Of a stretch of DNA of 64,000 nucleotides, positions 43,888 through 57,512 are shown piece after piece. A model generated the notes under the pieces. It ran no database searches. It had not been told where the DNA came from and saw only the letters and a program-made list of their open reading frames with translations. The DNA lies in the NCBI RefSeq assembly GCF_006345805.1, contig NC_043001.1, positions 61,690,001-61,754,000 of the forward strand, given 5' to 3'. A program made the position numbers and the translations under genes. The stretch is from Octopus sinensis (taxonomy: Eukaryota). Positions within the stretch are counted from its first letter, which is position 1. The number at the start of each line of letters is the position of its first letter.

Positions 43888-44336
43888 TATATAATAAAAG
43901 ATATTTAGAATTTTCTTTCATATTTCTTAAAAATTATTTACAAAGGAGTCATTCTTATTCTGATTTCTCAGTATTTCATGAATTATATTACAGCACTTTA
44001 TTAATAATGAGATACATACTACAGCATCAATACTGAAAGTAGAAAAGTAAAAATAAATATTGTAAAAATTTGATTCAGTCGTATTCGTTAATCTTATGTA
44101 AAAGAATATTATTCACAAAATAATGATTAGGTATTTGCTATATTATTATTTGAATTACGTCTCCTTGTGCGTGTGTGTGTGTCTGTGTGTCTGTGTGTAA
44201 GTGTGTGCACGCGCGTATGCATACACATGCATTATATAATTATATACATGCATATACATGTACACGCACATACATATAAAATGCATATATGTATATGTAA
44301 ATATATGTATGTATATACATATATATATATATATAG

Positions 44337-44410
<74 letters not shown>

Positions 44411-45105
44411 ATACGTACGCGTGTGTGTATTTCAAATCGTTGCATCTTATATTATTTAGCACTTAAGAGTTCCTATGTCTATCGATTTTATTCTTTAAAC
44501 TAATACAGTTAAATATGAAATTTAATTACATTATATCTAAGTTTTAAAGAACTTTCACTTTAATTATTATTTCCAATGTTTGCCAGTTTTGAAACACAAT
44601 ACCGAAGGTTTGATGTCCATAAGAATTGATTTCTATGAAACGATTTGAGTAAAAATATAATGGAGTAAGAGAAAATCAAAAGAATCTTAACTTCGCCGCG
44701 ATTGTTCAATATTATTTCAGTTATCTATATCACATTCTTACAGCAACTTTGGAGTTTACTCTGAAAATATAAATTGTAAATGTTGCCAGTAGTGACAGAC
44801 TTAGCACGTATCTGTATGAATATAAATTTGATTCAGGCCCGATCTGCTAATAGATAGATAGTTAGATAGGTAGATAAATAGACAGACAGACTGATATAAG
44901 TATATGGTACGTATGTCACGCATATTAAACTATACTATGCCACGTGTGCGTTTATATAAACAGATAGAGAGTGAGAGAGTGAGAGAGAGAGAGAAAGAGC
45001 GAGAGAGAGAGAGAGAGAAAGAAAGAGAGAGAGATGCATACACATTTCCATGGAACACATGGGTTGTACGCTATCTATACATACACATATATAACTATGT
45101 ATACG

Positions 45106-45164
<59 letters not shown>

Positions 45165-45459
45165 TATTATATATATATATATATATACAATATGTTACAT
45201 TACTCGGTAGTCAAGATAAAACTGTGAGTTTCAGATGCCGAAGTGGAAATCCACAACACCATCTCTTCGGTTATCTGGCTATTTGAAAACGTTATGAAAA
45301 AATACCGTTAAAAATGAAGGGAAATTACTCTGTTATAACTCTGCTTTGCCTGCGTACTTATACATCGCTCGCATTTTCGTCATAAAAATTATATAAAAAT
45401 ACATAAAAATATATAAAAATATATAAATTCTTCTTGGGACATAACACAGAAAGCATGTT

Positions 45460-47586
45460 CTATCCGTTTTCTTTAGGGGACCAAAAACGTAACAGAAATT
45501 TAGTCACATGTGGGCATGATCCGAAAAGCTCTGTCCTTGTATTTAGACATGTGGTAGGGTCTAAGCTGCTTTTCCAGATAAGCCATCTCTCCATGTCGCA
45601 TAAACCGCACCTTCCGCTGCCGTTAGTATAGGGCTTACATCTGGCCAAAATCTTCCATTGTATGTTATAATCGACACCTTTATCTCTTAAAGACCAAATA
45701 TGATTGGATAATTGTGTCGCTTTTCTTTTGTTCCAGTGCCTAAAGCTCAAAGTGTGGTTATTGAACCTGGCTTTGAAATTACCCTCTGTAAGGCCCACGT
45801 ATTTCTTCGTCGAAACGGTGTCTTTAGTGGTTATAGAGTTTACGGTAGCTTCATATATGATGGTCTTGGACATGCAAGCTCCATTTAGCGGGCACAATTC
45901 TTTATTCCTGCATGAACAGCTGTTTTCTTCTTGTGTTTTTTGTATGTTATGATTGATTATGTTTTTAAAATTGGTAGTTGAACTAAAACTAATTTTTAAA
46001 TTGTGTCTATTGAAGAGTTTCCTATAAGCATGGTTAACTGGAAAATGTCTATCTATCAGTGCTAGGAAATATTTACCTATATTGAAGGCCACCTCGGGTG
46101 AGTAAGGGGGCGTAAACCAGATGACCTTCCTATTTCTATTATTCCTTTTCCTTACTGTTGGGCTAGTGATAGGTGTATATTTTATTTTTTCGCTAAAACC
46201 ACTATCTTTTAAAGCTTTATTATAAACTGGGGCAACGCTATTGAAGATTTCCTCATTAGATGAGAGGCTAGAAATCCTCTTACTAATATTTTTAACTAAA
46301 TTTTTGAATACTATATGGGGATGGCATGAACCTACATTAATATAACTTAGTCTATCATTGGGCTTCCTATAAGGCTTATAAATATTATTATTAAGATCTA
46401 AGGAAACGTCTAAGAAATTGACAACCGTCAGGTTAGTGTCTATAGTTATACTAAGTCCGAAGTGTTTCATTAACTGGATAATATCCTTCCTAAAACGATC
46501 TTGTGCTGGTCCATTTGTATTAGCTGTTAAGGCGAGGGCATCATCTTTGTAGATGGCGAAATGTACGTTAGGGAATGTCTTACCGAAGGTATCTAGGAGA
46601 AAGAGTCCAATTAGATCACAGATGCCTGCCCCATCATATGAACCCATGCTCACATCGAAAGCGCCCTCCGTGTCGGTGTTTTTTACCCACTTTGCATTCT
46701 CACTGAAAAGTAATGTCTTTCTAACATGGAAGATTATATCCTTATCATTGGTACTAATTTCTATGAAGTCACTAGCGAAGATTAGGGCTTTATCTAGCAG
46801 TTCTTTAGAGATAGAGGCATAAAAATCAACAATATCGAATTGTGTAAACCTCGCTTTTTTCTTATTCTTAATAGCTTTAAACCAGTCTACGACTTCTATA
46901 CTATTGGACCATTGCACTAGCCTAGTATCGGTCTTAATTTTCGTATTTATTGTATCTAAAATTTCTTTGCTAATAATCCCTAGTTCTGACTTAGCTGGGT
47001 TGATAAGCCTACATTTAGGGTTGGAAAGGAAGTTTTCTTTGTGATCTTTAATAGTAATAAAGGCCTCTTTTTGGGGGAGGGCTTCTATTTTTTTATCTAA
47101 TTTAAGTTTAGCGGCGATGACGCTAGCTTCTTTATTAATTTCGTTATATGTCTGTGCCCTAGCCTTAGTATAATTATTAATGATGCTGTTGTGTAAGAGT
47201 TGTGTGTATTTGCTGTTATCTACCAGGTATAAGTTCTTGGTTTTATCCGAAAAAAGTGCTTTTTTCTTGGAGCTTTTTATATCATTAATATCTTTTTTCA
47301 ATTTATGTTGGAAATCGTTAAAAGACTTACGAAATTTTATTTTGCTCATGATTTTCAGCAGGTCCGCTTCGAAATCTTCCAAGCCTTTAATCCTGGGAGG
47401 GAATTTTTTGGATTTTATTTGATAGAGAAAGTTTTCCTTGGTGTTCGCTTCTGTGTCAAAAAAGAAAGCTTTCCATCTCATACGTTTAATTACATCAGTA
47501 ATTTTCTGCAGAAGTTTCTTAGAGTAAAAATCCTTTGATGGGATCGGTATATTTTTCATAGAATAATCTATGTGATATGCGTCCAT
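45460..47586 (-). CDS. PLE reverse transcriptase plus GIY-YIG endonuclease, 708 aa, uninterrupted
   Basis: YSMKNIPIP/IKRMRWKAFF N-terminus, RLINPAKSELG, FDIVDFY, MGSYDG, YKDD, VNFLDV, CSC..CPL..C, IIYEAT...YVGLTEG, C..C. Confidence 0.92.
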   Translation of the reverse strand: MDAYHIDYSMKNIPIPSKDFYSKKLLQKITDVIKRMRWKAFFFDTEANTKENFLYQIKSKKFPPRIKGLEDFEADLLKIMSKIKFRKSFNDFQHKLKKDINDIKSSKKKALFSDKTKNLYLVDNSKYTQLLHNSIINNYTKARAQTYNEINKEASVIAAKLKLDKKIEALPQKEAFITIKDHKENFLSNPKCRLINPAKSELGIISKEILDTINTKIKTDTRLVQWSNSIEVVDWFKAIKNKKKARFTQFDIVDFYASISKELLDKALIFASDFIEISTNDKDIIFHVRKTLLFSENAKWVKNTDTEGAFDVSMGSYDGAGICDLIGLFLLDTFGKTFPNVHFAIYKDDALALTANTNGPAQDRFRKDIIQLMKHFGLSITIDTNLTVVNFLDVSLDLNNNIYKPYRKPNDRLSYINVGSCHPHIVFKNLVKNISKRISSLSSNEEIFNSVAPVYNKALKDSGFSEKIKYTPITSPTVRKRNNRNRKVIWFTPPYSPEVAFNIGKYFLALIDRHFPVNHAYRKLFNRHNLKISFSSTTNFKNIINHNIQKTQEENSCSCRNKELCPLNGACMSKTIIYEATVNSITTKDTVSTKKYVGLTEGNFKARFNNHTLSFRHWNKRKATQLSNHIWSLRDKGVDYNIQWKILARCKPYTNGSGRCGLCDMERWLIWKSSLDPTTCLNTRTELFGSCPHVTKFLLRFWSPKENG

Positions 47587-47791
47587 ATTAGATTCTTTTG
47601 TTTGTGAGAGTCCTCAACCGATGTTAGGCGATAATCCCAAAAAGGTCGTATTAGCTCTTAGTTGAGAATAACGTCGTCCGGGAGGTGATTTATTGATAAA
47701 ACGGTAAGATAACAAAAGAAAGAAAGAGACCTCAATATTATGTAAATAGAGGAAATGTATCTATACAATATGTTACATTACTCGGTAGTCA

Positions 47792-47854
47792 AGATAAAAC
47801 TCTGAGTTTCAGATGCCGAAGTGGAAATCCACAACACCATCTCTTCGGTTATCT
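47792..47854 (-). ncRNA. Hammerhead-like motif in the Naiad pLTR (second copy about 45214-45276)
   Basis: AGATAA-CCGAAGA-GATG...CATC-T-GAAAC-TCAGAG-T-T-TTATCT: 6 bp stem I, palindromic stem III, U4C and U17 variants. Confidence 0.6.
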
Positions 47855-48084
47855 GGCTATTTGAAAACGTTATGAAAAAATACCGTTAAAAATGAAGGGA
47901 AATTACTCTGTTATAACTCTGCTTTGCCTGCGTACTTATACATCGCTCGCATTTTCGTCATAAAAATTATATAAAAATACATAAAAATATATAAAAATAT
48001 ATAAATTCTTCTTGGGACATAACATATATATATATATATTACAGACATTGTTGGGAAGTGCTCATGTATTGAACATGAGACATT

Positions 48085-48270
48085 CTTTTATTTGCTTCAG
48101 TCATTTGACTGCGGCCATGCTGGAGCACCGCCTTTTGTTGAATGAATCGCCCCCAGAACTTATTCTTTTGTAAAATTAGCACTTACTCTATCGGTTCCAT
48201 TTTCCCGAATCGCTAAATTACAGGGACGTAAACACACCAACATCGGTTGTCAAGTGATGGTGGGCGGATA
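48085..48270 (+). mobile_element. SINE-like repeat
   Basis: TCATTTGACTGCGGCCATGCTGGAGCACCGCC...ACACCAACATCGGTTGTCAAG; same family as 15320, 16485 and 56120. Confidence 0.65.
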
Positions 48271-48323
48271 TATATATACATACATACATATAAATAAATA
48301 TATATATACATATAAATAAATAA

Positions 48324-48384
<61 letters not shown>

Positions 48385-48499
48385 AGAAGGGAAAGTTCTG
48401 TATACACGTGGGGTAGGTATATAAGAAAGAAAAGAAATGTAAAAGTTACAGGAAGTTTGTATAATAAAGTTTATGGTGATATTGGGATCACATTACATC

Positions 48500-49035
48500 A
48501 AACAATCATTTCCTTCAACCTTGCAAGAAGAATTTGCACTATTGTCTCAGAGAAAAACACTAGAGATTTAAGACTACAAGAACTGAAAAACGTCCTCCTG
48601 GATAGACACTACCCAATCCAATTCATTTATACACAAGGACCCAGAACTAAAAAAGAATTTTACGTGACATTAAAATTATCAAAAGCAACAAACAACCTAA
48701 GTCATTAAAGAAACTGCTTACTAATGCAAAATTATTCTCCCAACTGTGATATATGCCCCAACCTTTTGGAATGGTCAGAATACCATTTTAAACAAGGGCA
48801 ACACTTTACAATTAAATAAAAGTTCAATTGTGCATCCGAAAATCAGATGCTCGGGCTGCCAGAAAGACTATATCGATAGCACGGGGAATTCTATCCGTCA
48901 ACGTTGTACGGTGCATCGTCAACAGATAGCCTCACCACAATACCGCCAAATTTATCTCAGTGAACATATCGACGTGTGTACGAAACAAATACAATCTAAA
49001 TTCACTATTTTCTCCCTATATAAATTTGCTGACTG
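48500..49035 (+). pseudogene. Neptune-like PLE 3' fragment (GIY-YIG)
   Basis: FNLARRICTIVSEKN..., IRCSGCQKDYIDSTG...HRQQI...LSEHI. Confidence 0.75.
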
Positions 49036-49060
49036 AACTTTTACACAAGCCCAACTCACA

Positions 49061-50130
49061 TAAGACCGAAGGTTTTCATCCATTTGATGAAAACCTGCGG
49101 TCTTAGCATAACTACAGACACCAACCTTAAGGTTATCAATTTCCTAGATGTATCCTTAGCCATCCCCCATGGTGTTTAAAAATTTAGTTAAAAGCATTAG
49201 CAAAAGAATTTCTAGTCTCTCCTCCGATAGGAACATTTTTAATAGCGTTGCCCCAGCATATAAGGCTCTAAATGATAGTGGATTTAGCGAGAAAATAACC
49301 TATACACCTGCTACCAGTCTAATAATAAAGAAAAGGAAACATAGGAATATGAAAACTATCTGGTTCACACACCCCTACTCACCCGAAGTGACCTTCTATA
49401 TAGGCAAGTATTTCTTAGTACTGATAGATAGACATTTTCCAGTCAACCATAGTTACAGAAAGCTCTTCAATAGACATAACTCAGTTTCGGCTCAGCTACC
49501 AATTTTAAAAATGTAATCGCACACAACACACAAAAACCACTAAATGAAACCAGCTGTTCATGCAGGGATAAAAATTTGTGCCCGCTAAATGGAGCTTGCA
49601 TGTCCGAGACCATCGTTTATGAAGCCACCGTGGACTCTATATCCACTAAGAACACGGTTTCGACGAAGAAATAAATGGGCCTTACAGAGGACAATTTCAA
49701 GGCCAGGTTCAATAATCACACCTTGAGCTACAGGCACTGGGATAAAAGGAAAAGGCCCAAATTATCCAGTCATATATGGTCCTTAAAAGATAAAGGTGTC
49801 AGTTACAACATACATTGGAAGATCTCAGCCAAGTGTAAGCTATACACCAACGGCAGTGGAAAGTGCAGTCTTTGTGATATGGAAAGATGGTTCATCTGGA
49901 AAATCGGCTTAGACATCGCCACATGTCTGAATTCAAGAACTGAACTTTTCAGTTCATGTCCATACGTGGCTAAATATTTGTTACGTTTTGGTCCCCCCGA
50001 GATTACAGATAGGACTTGCTTTCTATATTGTGTCCACGTACAGGCTTTTTATCTCTCTATACTTTTTACTTATATTTCTTATATATTTTTGTATATTTTT
50101 TACATATTTATAGAGATATTGTTTTATAGG
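49061..50130 (+). pseudogene. Degenerate 5'-truncated Naiad copy
   Basis: INFLDVSL, VFKNLVKSISKRISSLSS, WFTHPYSPEV, GLTEDNFKARFNNH and CSLCDMER closely parallel the 708 aa ORF. Confidence 0.85.
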
Positions 50131-50140
50131 TTTATTGCTC

Positions 50141-50189
<49 letters not shown>

Positions 50190-50243
50190 CTATGTATGTA
50201 TGCATGTATGCATGTATGTATGTACAGATATATGTCATATATA

Positions 50244-51073
50244 CAGGGTGTTTTTGGTATCATTTCGCAATTTTATAACTTTGCCATTTCTTGTTCAAAT
50301 GACTTCAAAATTTAACAGCATGTGTAGAAACAAGTCAAACTTTTATGTTTAATATGTTTATTTTTTCAGGTATAGAAATGGCATTCACTGGAAAAGAAAA
50401 GGCGTTTCGTGTGTTTGAGTATGCTCGAACACAGTCGAACAAGACTGCAGCGTGCATTTGTGAGATAGTTCTCTAAAAAGTTACAAACAAAGCAGATTTC
50501 GACGTGGCACAAATAATTCAAATAGGAAGGCTGTCTGTGCATGACAAAAGGATGTGGACGACCACTAGCATCGTAAGAGATGGTCGACCGGATTCGCCAA
50601 AAACTCTTGCGAAGAACCAAGAAGTCCATAAGAAGAACAAGTCTGGAAACCCAGATTCTTCCAACGACAGTTTGGTGCGTCCTTAAGTAACGCTTACTAA
50701 TGAAACCCTACAAGCTGCAGCTCGTTCATGCCATAGCAGCAGATGACAAGCGAAAACGCAAACAATTCTGTGTTGATATGCAAGAGAAACTTAAAGACCC
50801 CGAGTTTAAGGAACGAATGGCAAAACAATAAGCATAATGTTCGAATTCGGGGCGAAGAAAATCACCACGCCACAGCTGAGAAAGTGAATGTGTTCTGCGC
50901 CATCTGCAAGAAATTGTTCATGGAATCTACATACCATTGAATGACTCATTCAAATTTGGAGGAATAAATCTTATGTTGCTCAACGTTAAGCCTGTTTAGT
51001 TTCATTTGCTTTGACTATGTAGTTTCTGTGATATTTACATCTCAAATGATATCAAATTTTTTGAAACACCCTG
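50244..51073 (+). mobile_element. Internally deleted Tc1/mariner-superfamily element
   Basis: TA|CAGGGTGTTT...AAACACCCTG|TA. HTH remnant MAFTGKEKAFRVFEYARTQSNKT. Confidence 0.7.
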
Positions 51074-51386
51074 TATATACATCATATGTCATATATATTA
51101 TATATTATATATATCAATATCTATATCTATATACGTATGTATGCATGCATATGTGTGTATGTATGTATGTATGTATGTATGTATGTATGTATGTATGTAT
51201 GTATGTATGTATGTATGTATGTATGTATGCATGTATGTATGTATGAATGTATGTATGTATGTATGTACACGCATATTAATGGGTAAAAACGTTTAACAAA
51301 TTTTAACAAAGTATAACGATGTTCGACTATTATGCTTTTTAGAATAAGTTAATTTTTCGAAAAACTCTGAGAAGTTACCTTCTATA

Positions 51387-51460
<74 letters not shown>

Positions 51461-51867
51461 ATTGCTTAAGAACTCCAAATGCCATTTAATTATAACCCAC
51501 GATAAAGAAGGACTCGGCAGTAACATTAGCAGATAATACGAATGATTTACAAACTTTAACCCCGGAAATTTAATACAGAAATAAGATGATTACATAAGAA
51601 GATTTTTCTGAAAGAAACATTGCAATTTTCAGCTCAGTCATATTACATGAACGAAGAATTCATAAAGTTTTCTCTTCAAAGAACACAGTCATAAGCAAGG
51701 GCTTTCATTTTCTCTCTAATATATTTCATATAACTTATTATGTGTGTTCACACGTTTATTGTACTGCTGACACAAAAACAGACATTCACTCGTATATACA
51801 CGCATATATGAGTGCGCACGCGTATGTAAGTATATGTATATGTAAGTATATGTATATATATATATAT

Positions 51868-51919
<52 letters not shown>

Positions 51920-53534
51920 AATACACATATATATATACACATATAAATATATATATATACATGCATATTATATATGTGTATATATTATTTATATGTATAT
52001 ATCTATGTGTTATCAAAATACTTGTCTGCGTGTGTGTATGTGTGTGTTTGCTGTGAATGCCTATGACGTATTAAATAATTACAAATAACATACATTACAG
52101 AGGTCATTAACTCTGGAAGAAAACTAACTAAATATCCTGCGATAAACAAATATCAAAAACGATATGTTGTGGTCTTCCCACTTATCTCGAAATGTTTTAC
52201 GAACATACACAAGACATTTACGCACGCACACACATACACACACGCACATACATACACATACATACACACACACACACACACAACAGAAGCTCACACCCGT
52301 GTGCATACACACACAACAAAAGCTCATGCACATGCGTGCACACACACATATATTAACTAAACCAGCCAAATCCAAATAGTTTCACCGTAATTCCGCAAAA
52401 TTTCTTCTACACTGACCTCCCTGCGAAAGCACGAGATAATTGGATGCAATATAGCCAAAACCAAGTTTCTACTTGTATTTTATTGAAGATCTTGCATATC
52501 TGTTTACGTTTTTTCCTCCGAAATTACTTCTAGTGAACTTGCAATATGTGAACCTGAAACATGTGTCTACTTATCATCTTCGTTATCATCGTACATTATT
52601 TTATGTGTGCAAGTTTCTTAATTCGTTACATCTTAGAATATATGAACTTGATTCAATAGGAAAGTGTGTGCGGGTGTGTGTGTGTGTTGGGGGGTGTACC
52701 TGTAACAGTAAATATCGGTAAGATTGTGTTTTCTTAAGATCACTAACAGTTTCAATATTTCAATGCACATATACATATATATACACATTTATACCTACAT
52801 ATATCTAAATATAAAAAATATATGTGAATCTGTGTGTATGTAAATATATTTGTTTATATAAATGTGTGTGTATTATGTATATATGTATGTATGTACGTAT
52901 GTATATGCATATATATAAAAAATCTGAACGTTGATAAAAATGCATTTTTGTCGATTTTTTTTTAATATAAATTGAATTAATGCCCACTTTTGTAGCTACT
53001 GCAACCACAGTGCAACTTTTCTTATCACTAACCTCTCAGAGATTGAATTAAGGTTCAAAACTGTTTAGAATGAAATTATATATCAGACATGAAATATCAC
53101 CGATTACCTAAAAGAAAATCCTTTTCCACTTTATAAGTTCACATTTGTATTATTCTTATTACTATTATTAGCCGAAATAGATAAGTAGGATGACATTTTA
53201 AGTAACCTGTACGCGTTTCTGTAAATGTCACATTTTCGAAAACTTTTATCGTGTAGTTTTTGAAATGCTTACTCTGATAGCTTTTATCAAATTCCTTTAT
53301 ACATAAAAGAATTTATTACCATAATAATTGAACCATTGCATCAAGATTTAATTTTCATATGACATGTTACAGGATATCTTAGCATATGCATTTACATACA
53401 TACACACATATGTAGATAGATAGATGAATGTGCATATATATATATGTATGTGTGTGTGTGTGTGTGTGTTAAATGCATGCGTATATATAAATACATAAAT
53501 GCATACATTGTGTGCGTATGTAAATATATGTATA

Positions 53535-53572
<38 letters not shown>

Positions 53573-54101
53573 TATATATATATGTATGAGTGTGTGGTGT
53601 ATATGTGTGTAGATATATATAAGGGTTGAATATGTATCTATGAATACATACATAGATATGTTTCTCTTTAACCGCCAAAACATAATCCCACTGAAGTAAT
53701 ATGAAGTATTTGTATCACTATGTAAGGAAATTACAGTCATTATTGTATATAAAATTATAAGAGATTATAGGAAAAATACGAAACGAGGAGGTTTTGTTAA
53801 AATGAACATCAGAAAGCATTTCTTTCGAACTTATTAATAAACGGAAATATAGACCCAGTGTCATAAATAATAGTATAATTATCAGATTAGCCAAAAATAA
53901 GCTCAGAATTTATATAGCACACATCAATTTTGTACTTACGAACTCTACTCTCAACTTATGTGCTCAGGTGTTTTAATATGCAAAACAATTAATTACAGAT
54001 TCAGATCTTAAATATTATTGTTACACCATCTTGTATTTTGCGTTCAAACGAATTTGATACTACGTTCATAGCGAGGTAGCGCATATTCATACTCATATAT
54101 A

Positions 54102-55362
54102 TCATTTCATCCCATAAGTTCTGTCCGAATTTTGAATAAAGTAAACAAGTGATGAAATTTAATCATCAATGTACTTTCCCTGATTATCTACGACTTTCTT
54201 CCATCTATTTACAAGCTTTTTAATCCCATCAATGTAAAATTCTTTTGGTTTCAAAGCAAAGGACTCTGAAATGTCAGTTTCGACCTCTTCCTGGCTTGCC
54301 AAAGTTATGTCCCCGAAATGATTCTGTAAACTACGAAACAAATCGTAGTCTGAAGGGGCAAGGTCGGGAAAACAAGGTGGATGAAGAATTTTTTTCCCAA
54401 CCAAGCTCTTCGACCTTCTGTGATGTAATCTTCCAGTGTGGGATCGCGTATTGTCCTGATGAAACATCACTCCTTTTTCATTCACTAAAGCGGGTCTTTT
54501 TTTCTTCAAAGCTTGATTGAAACGCTCTAATTGCTGACAGTAGACGTGAGCATTGATTATTGCATTAGGTGGTAACAATTCAAAGGGAATTACTCCTTTG
54601 CATTCCCAATGGACAGAGAGAAGAACCTTTTTCTCATGAAGTTCCCTTTTCGGTTGTGGTTGAGCTTTTTCCCTTTTACCAAGCTACCGTTTACAACGTT
54701 TAACATTTCGATAGAAGATCCATTTTTCGCCACCAGTCACAAAAAAGGGTGAAATGTGTTCGCGAGAATGGAGTGAAGAACAGATGTCAGCTCAGGATTT
54801 GCTTTGCTTTCGGACAATTCATGCGGCACCCATTTTCCATATTTAGGAACCTTTCCAAGTTGTTGAAGATGATGATGAACAGTTGCATGGTTTGAACTAA
54901 GCTTTATTGCCAATTCTTCAACTGATAATGCATTTTTTTCTTCAAGTAATGGCTCAAGGAACTTATCATCAAACTCAACTGGACGTCCTGTTCGACCTTC
55001 ATCTTCAAGGCTGAAATCTCCACTTCTGATTTTTACAAACCATCTTTTGCAAGTTCTTTCATTCAAGCATTCTTTTCCATAAACTGAGTGTATGTTTCAG
55101 GTTGCTTCGGCTGCAGAGTTTCCTTTTTTGTTCTCATAAAGCATTATGTCCCTCAAATGCTGTTTGGATACTTCCATGTTTGAAAGAGTTTTAATCAAAG
55201 AGATTTTAATTCTATTATTCTGTAAAATAATATTTAATTAGTTTAAATGTACACAAATGCATAAAAATAATTTTTAATTCCATTAGACATTCTAAAATAC
55301 TATTAAATTTCATACAATTTAAAAAAAAGATAAAATCGGACAGAACTTATGGGATGACCTAA
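54102..55362 (-). mobile_element. Mariner (D,D34D) transposon, full length, frameshifted
   Basis: ~30 bp TIRs (TCATCCCATAAGTTCTGTCCGA) and TA flanks. Motifs WFVKIRSGDFSLED..GRP, WVPHEL, VTGGEKWI, HQDNTRSH, PDLAPSDYDLF. Confidence 0.92.
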
Positions 55363-55589
55363 TAGTTATAAACAGGAAGAGGCAGGCCCATGAACTGCCA
55401 GCTTCACACACACACAAACAAACAAACAAACAAACAATCAGGAACATATAGCCATAAATATTATTCAGTAGATGAACATACTTTATAATCACGAATAATC
55501 TATATATTTATTTCGTCAATTGCATTCCCAGTGTTTACGTAAGCACACGCACAAATGGTATTGTGGGTGTTATCATGAGTGCGCATGCG

Positions 55590-55860
55590 TGTCTATGCGG
55601 CAATAGCTTGTCGGATTTGGAACAGTTGCTAGCAAAAATTTGGTAGAATGTTTATTACGTCCTACTGCGTTCTGTTTAATTCGTGGATATCCACGTTTCA
55701 TCAGTTTTCACATCCTGAGATCAAATTACACCGAGGTTGACTTTCATCCTTTCAAGGTCGATAAATTAAGTACCAGTGAAACACTAGAGTCCATGTAATA
55801 GACTACTCCCCTCCGCCAACATTTCAGGGCTTGAGCCTATAGTAGACAGGATTATTAATT
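55590..55860 (+). mobile_element. tRNA-derived SINE
   Basis: CCGAGGTTGACTTTCATCCTTTCAAGGTCGATAAATTAAGTACCAG central domain. Confidence 0.6.
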
Positions 55861-56119
55861 GCATCCTTCCGAGGTGATTAAAGAATGTTTTATTCAGCAA
55901 ACGACATAGTCAACTAAATAACTAATTAACTTCAGATTGTCATCTGTCAATGCTGCTGTCAAAAGTTAATAGAACATATATCAAACAATTTTATATATAA
56001 AATATGTCTCTGTGTATGGATGCATACATACATACACAAACATACATACATATACGTATGCATGCATGTAAGTATGTATGTATATGTTCATGCATAAATT
56101 ATTTATATTCTAATACTTA

Positions 56120-56320
56120 CTTGTTTCTGTCATGTGATTGCGGTCATGCTAGAGCACTGCCTAGGAGGTTTGAGTCGAACAAATCGAACCCAGAACTTAT
56201 TTCTTAAGCATATTACTTATTCTATGGGTCTCTTTATGGAACCGTTAACCAACAGGGACATAAACACACCACCATTGGTTGTCAAACGGTGACAGGTGAC
56301 AAACATACACACACATATAG
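56120..56320 (+). mobile_element. SINE-like repeat
   Basis: Diverged copy of the 48085 family. Confidence 0.55.
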
Positions 56321-56344
56321 AGACACACACACATATATATATAC

Positions 56345-56637
56345 ATATTATATGTAGAAAAATACAAACTGGGACAAGAACGTAAAGCATTTAGAAGTCG
56401 ATACAAAAAACACGGACGGGACATTCGAAGCCTTCAATCTTCTTCTAAATGTATCGTTTTCTAAATGTTTTACGTTCTTGTCCCAGTTTGTATTTTTCTA
56501 CATATAATATATATAGCGACGCCCGTAGCCTCTTTGGCCTTGAATGCAAGTACATATTCCTTTAAATTTGGTACGACTCTATAACACTGTCTCTCTCTCC
56601 TACATTTCTCTGCCTTTCACACTTTGCACTCTACTTT

Positions 56638-56722
<85 letters not shown>

Positions 56723-57430
56723 CTCCTTCTTTTCCCTTTTCTTGCCTCTGATTCTTTGGTCTCCTCTTCCCCCACTCTCTCACATTTCTCTGCCTTTCTC
56801 ACTTTGCACCTCACTGATTCTGTCGCCAAGCTAATCCTTGGCACGCTCTCTTTCTTCTCCCCTCTTTAATTCCTTCTTTCTCTCTCTTCTCCCGCCTTTG
56901 GTGCCTTTGTCCCTCTTTTTCTCTCTCTCTTTGATTCCTTTGTCCCCTTTTTTCTCTCTCTTCTCCTCTCACGTGACCGCTGGTCAACCAGCCTTTCGGC
57001 TTCTAACCAGCGCCACGAGAACATCGTTGTCTTCGTCTGCTGAAAAAGGCATTTTTTTCCAAATACACCAGCTAAACTAAGTTGTACTGTCTACTGTCTA
57101 TAGTCGTAAGACACCCGCTGTTTTTGTCCTGTTATTACTATTAGTCGTGTGGCATCGTCCGTTTTTCTGTCCTTGTCTCGTATACATTCGATCCTTCTTC
57201 CAAGATATCTAATGCTCGCAGGTTAGTTTTTCCTTGGGGCTGGCCGGATCGAAGCGATCTCAAGATTAATCAGCCGAAATTGCGAGGATGATCCGGTTCT
57301 TGACTGAAGATTGAAGGCTTCGAATTTCCCGTCGGTGATTTTTGTATCATCTTCTAAATGTTTTACGTTCTTGTCCCAGTTTGTATTTTTCTACATATAA
57401 TATATATAGCGGCGCCCGTACTCTCTTTGG
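56345..57430. mobile_element. Non-coding repeat with fold-back end duplications (PLE-like non-autonomous?)
   Basis: 56347-56397 is inverted against 56459-56508, and the same terminal sequence recurs directly at 57351-57430. A (CT)n tract lies inside. Confidence 0.5.
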
Positions 57431-57455
57431 CCTATATATATACTAACATATATAG

Positions 57456-57512
<57 letters not shown>

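Larger units (their letters stand above)
45184..48024 (-). mobile_element. Naiad-type Penelope-like element with 263 bp direct pLTRs, flanked by (TA)n
   Basis: pLTRs at 45184-45446 and 47762-48024 with one mismatch seen (45224 vs 47802); single long ORF. Confidence 0.92.

Noticed and set aside
45460-47586. Selenocysteine recoding, as reported for some Naiads
   Set aside because: No in-frame TGA in this ORF.
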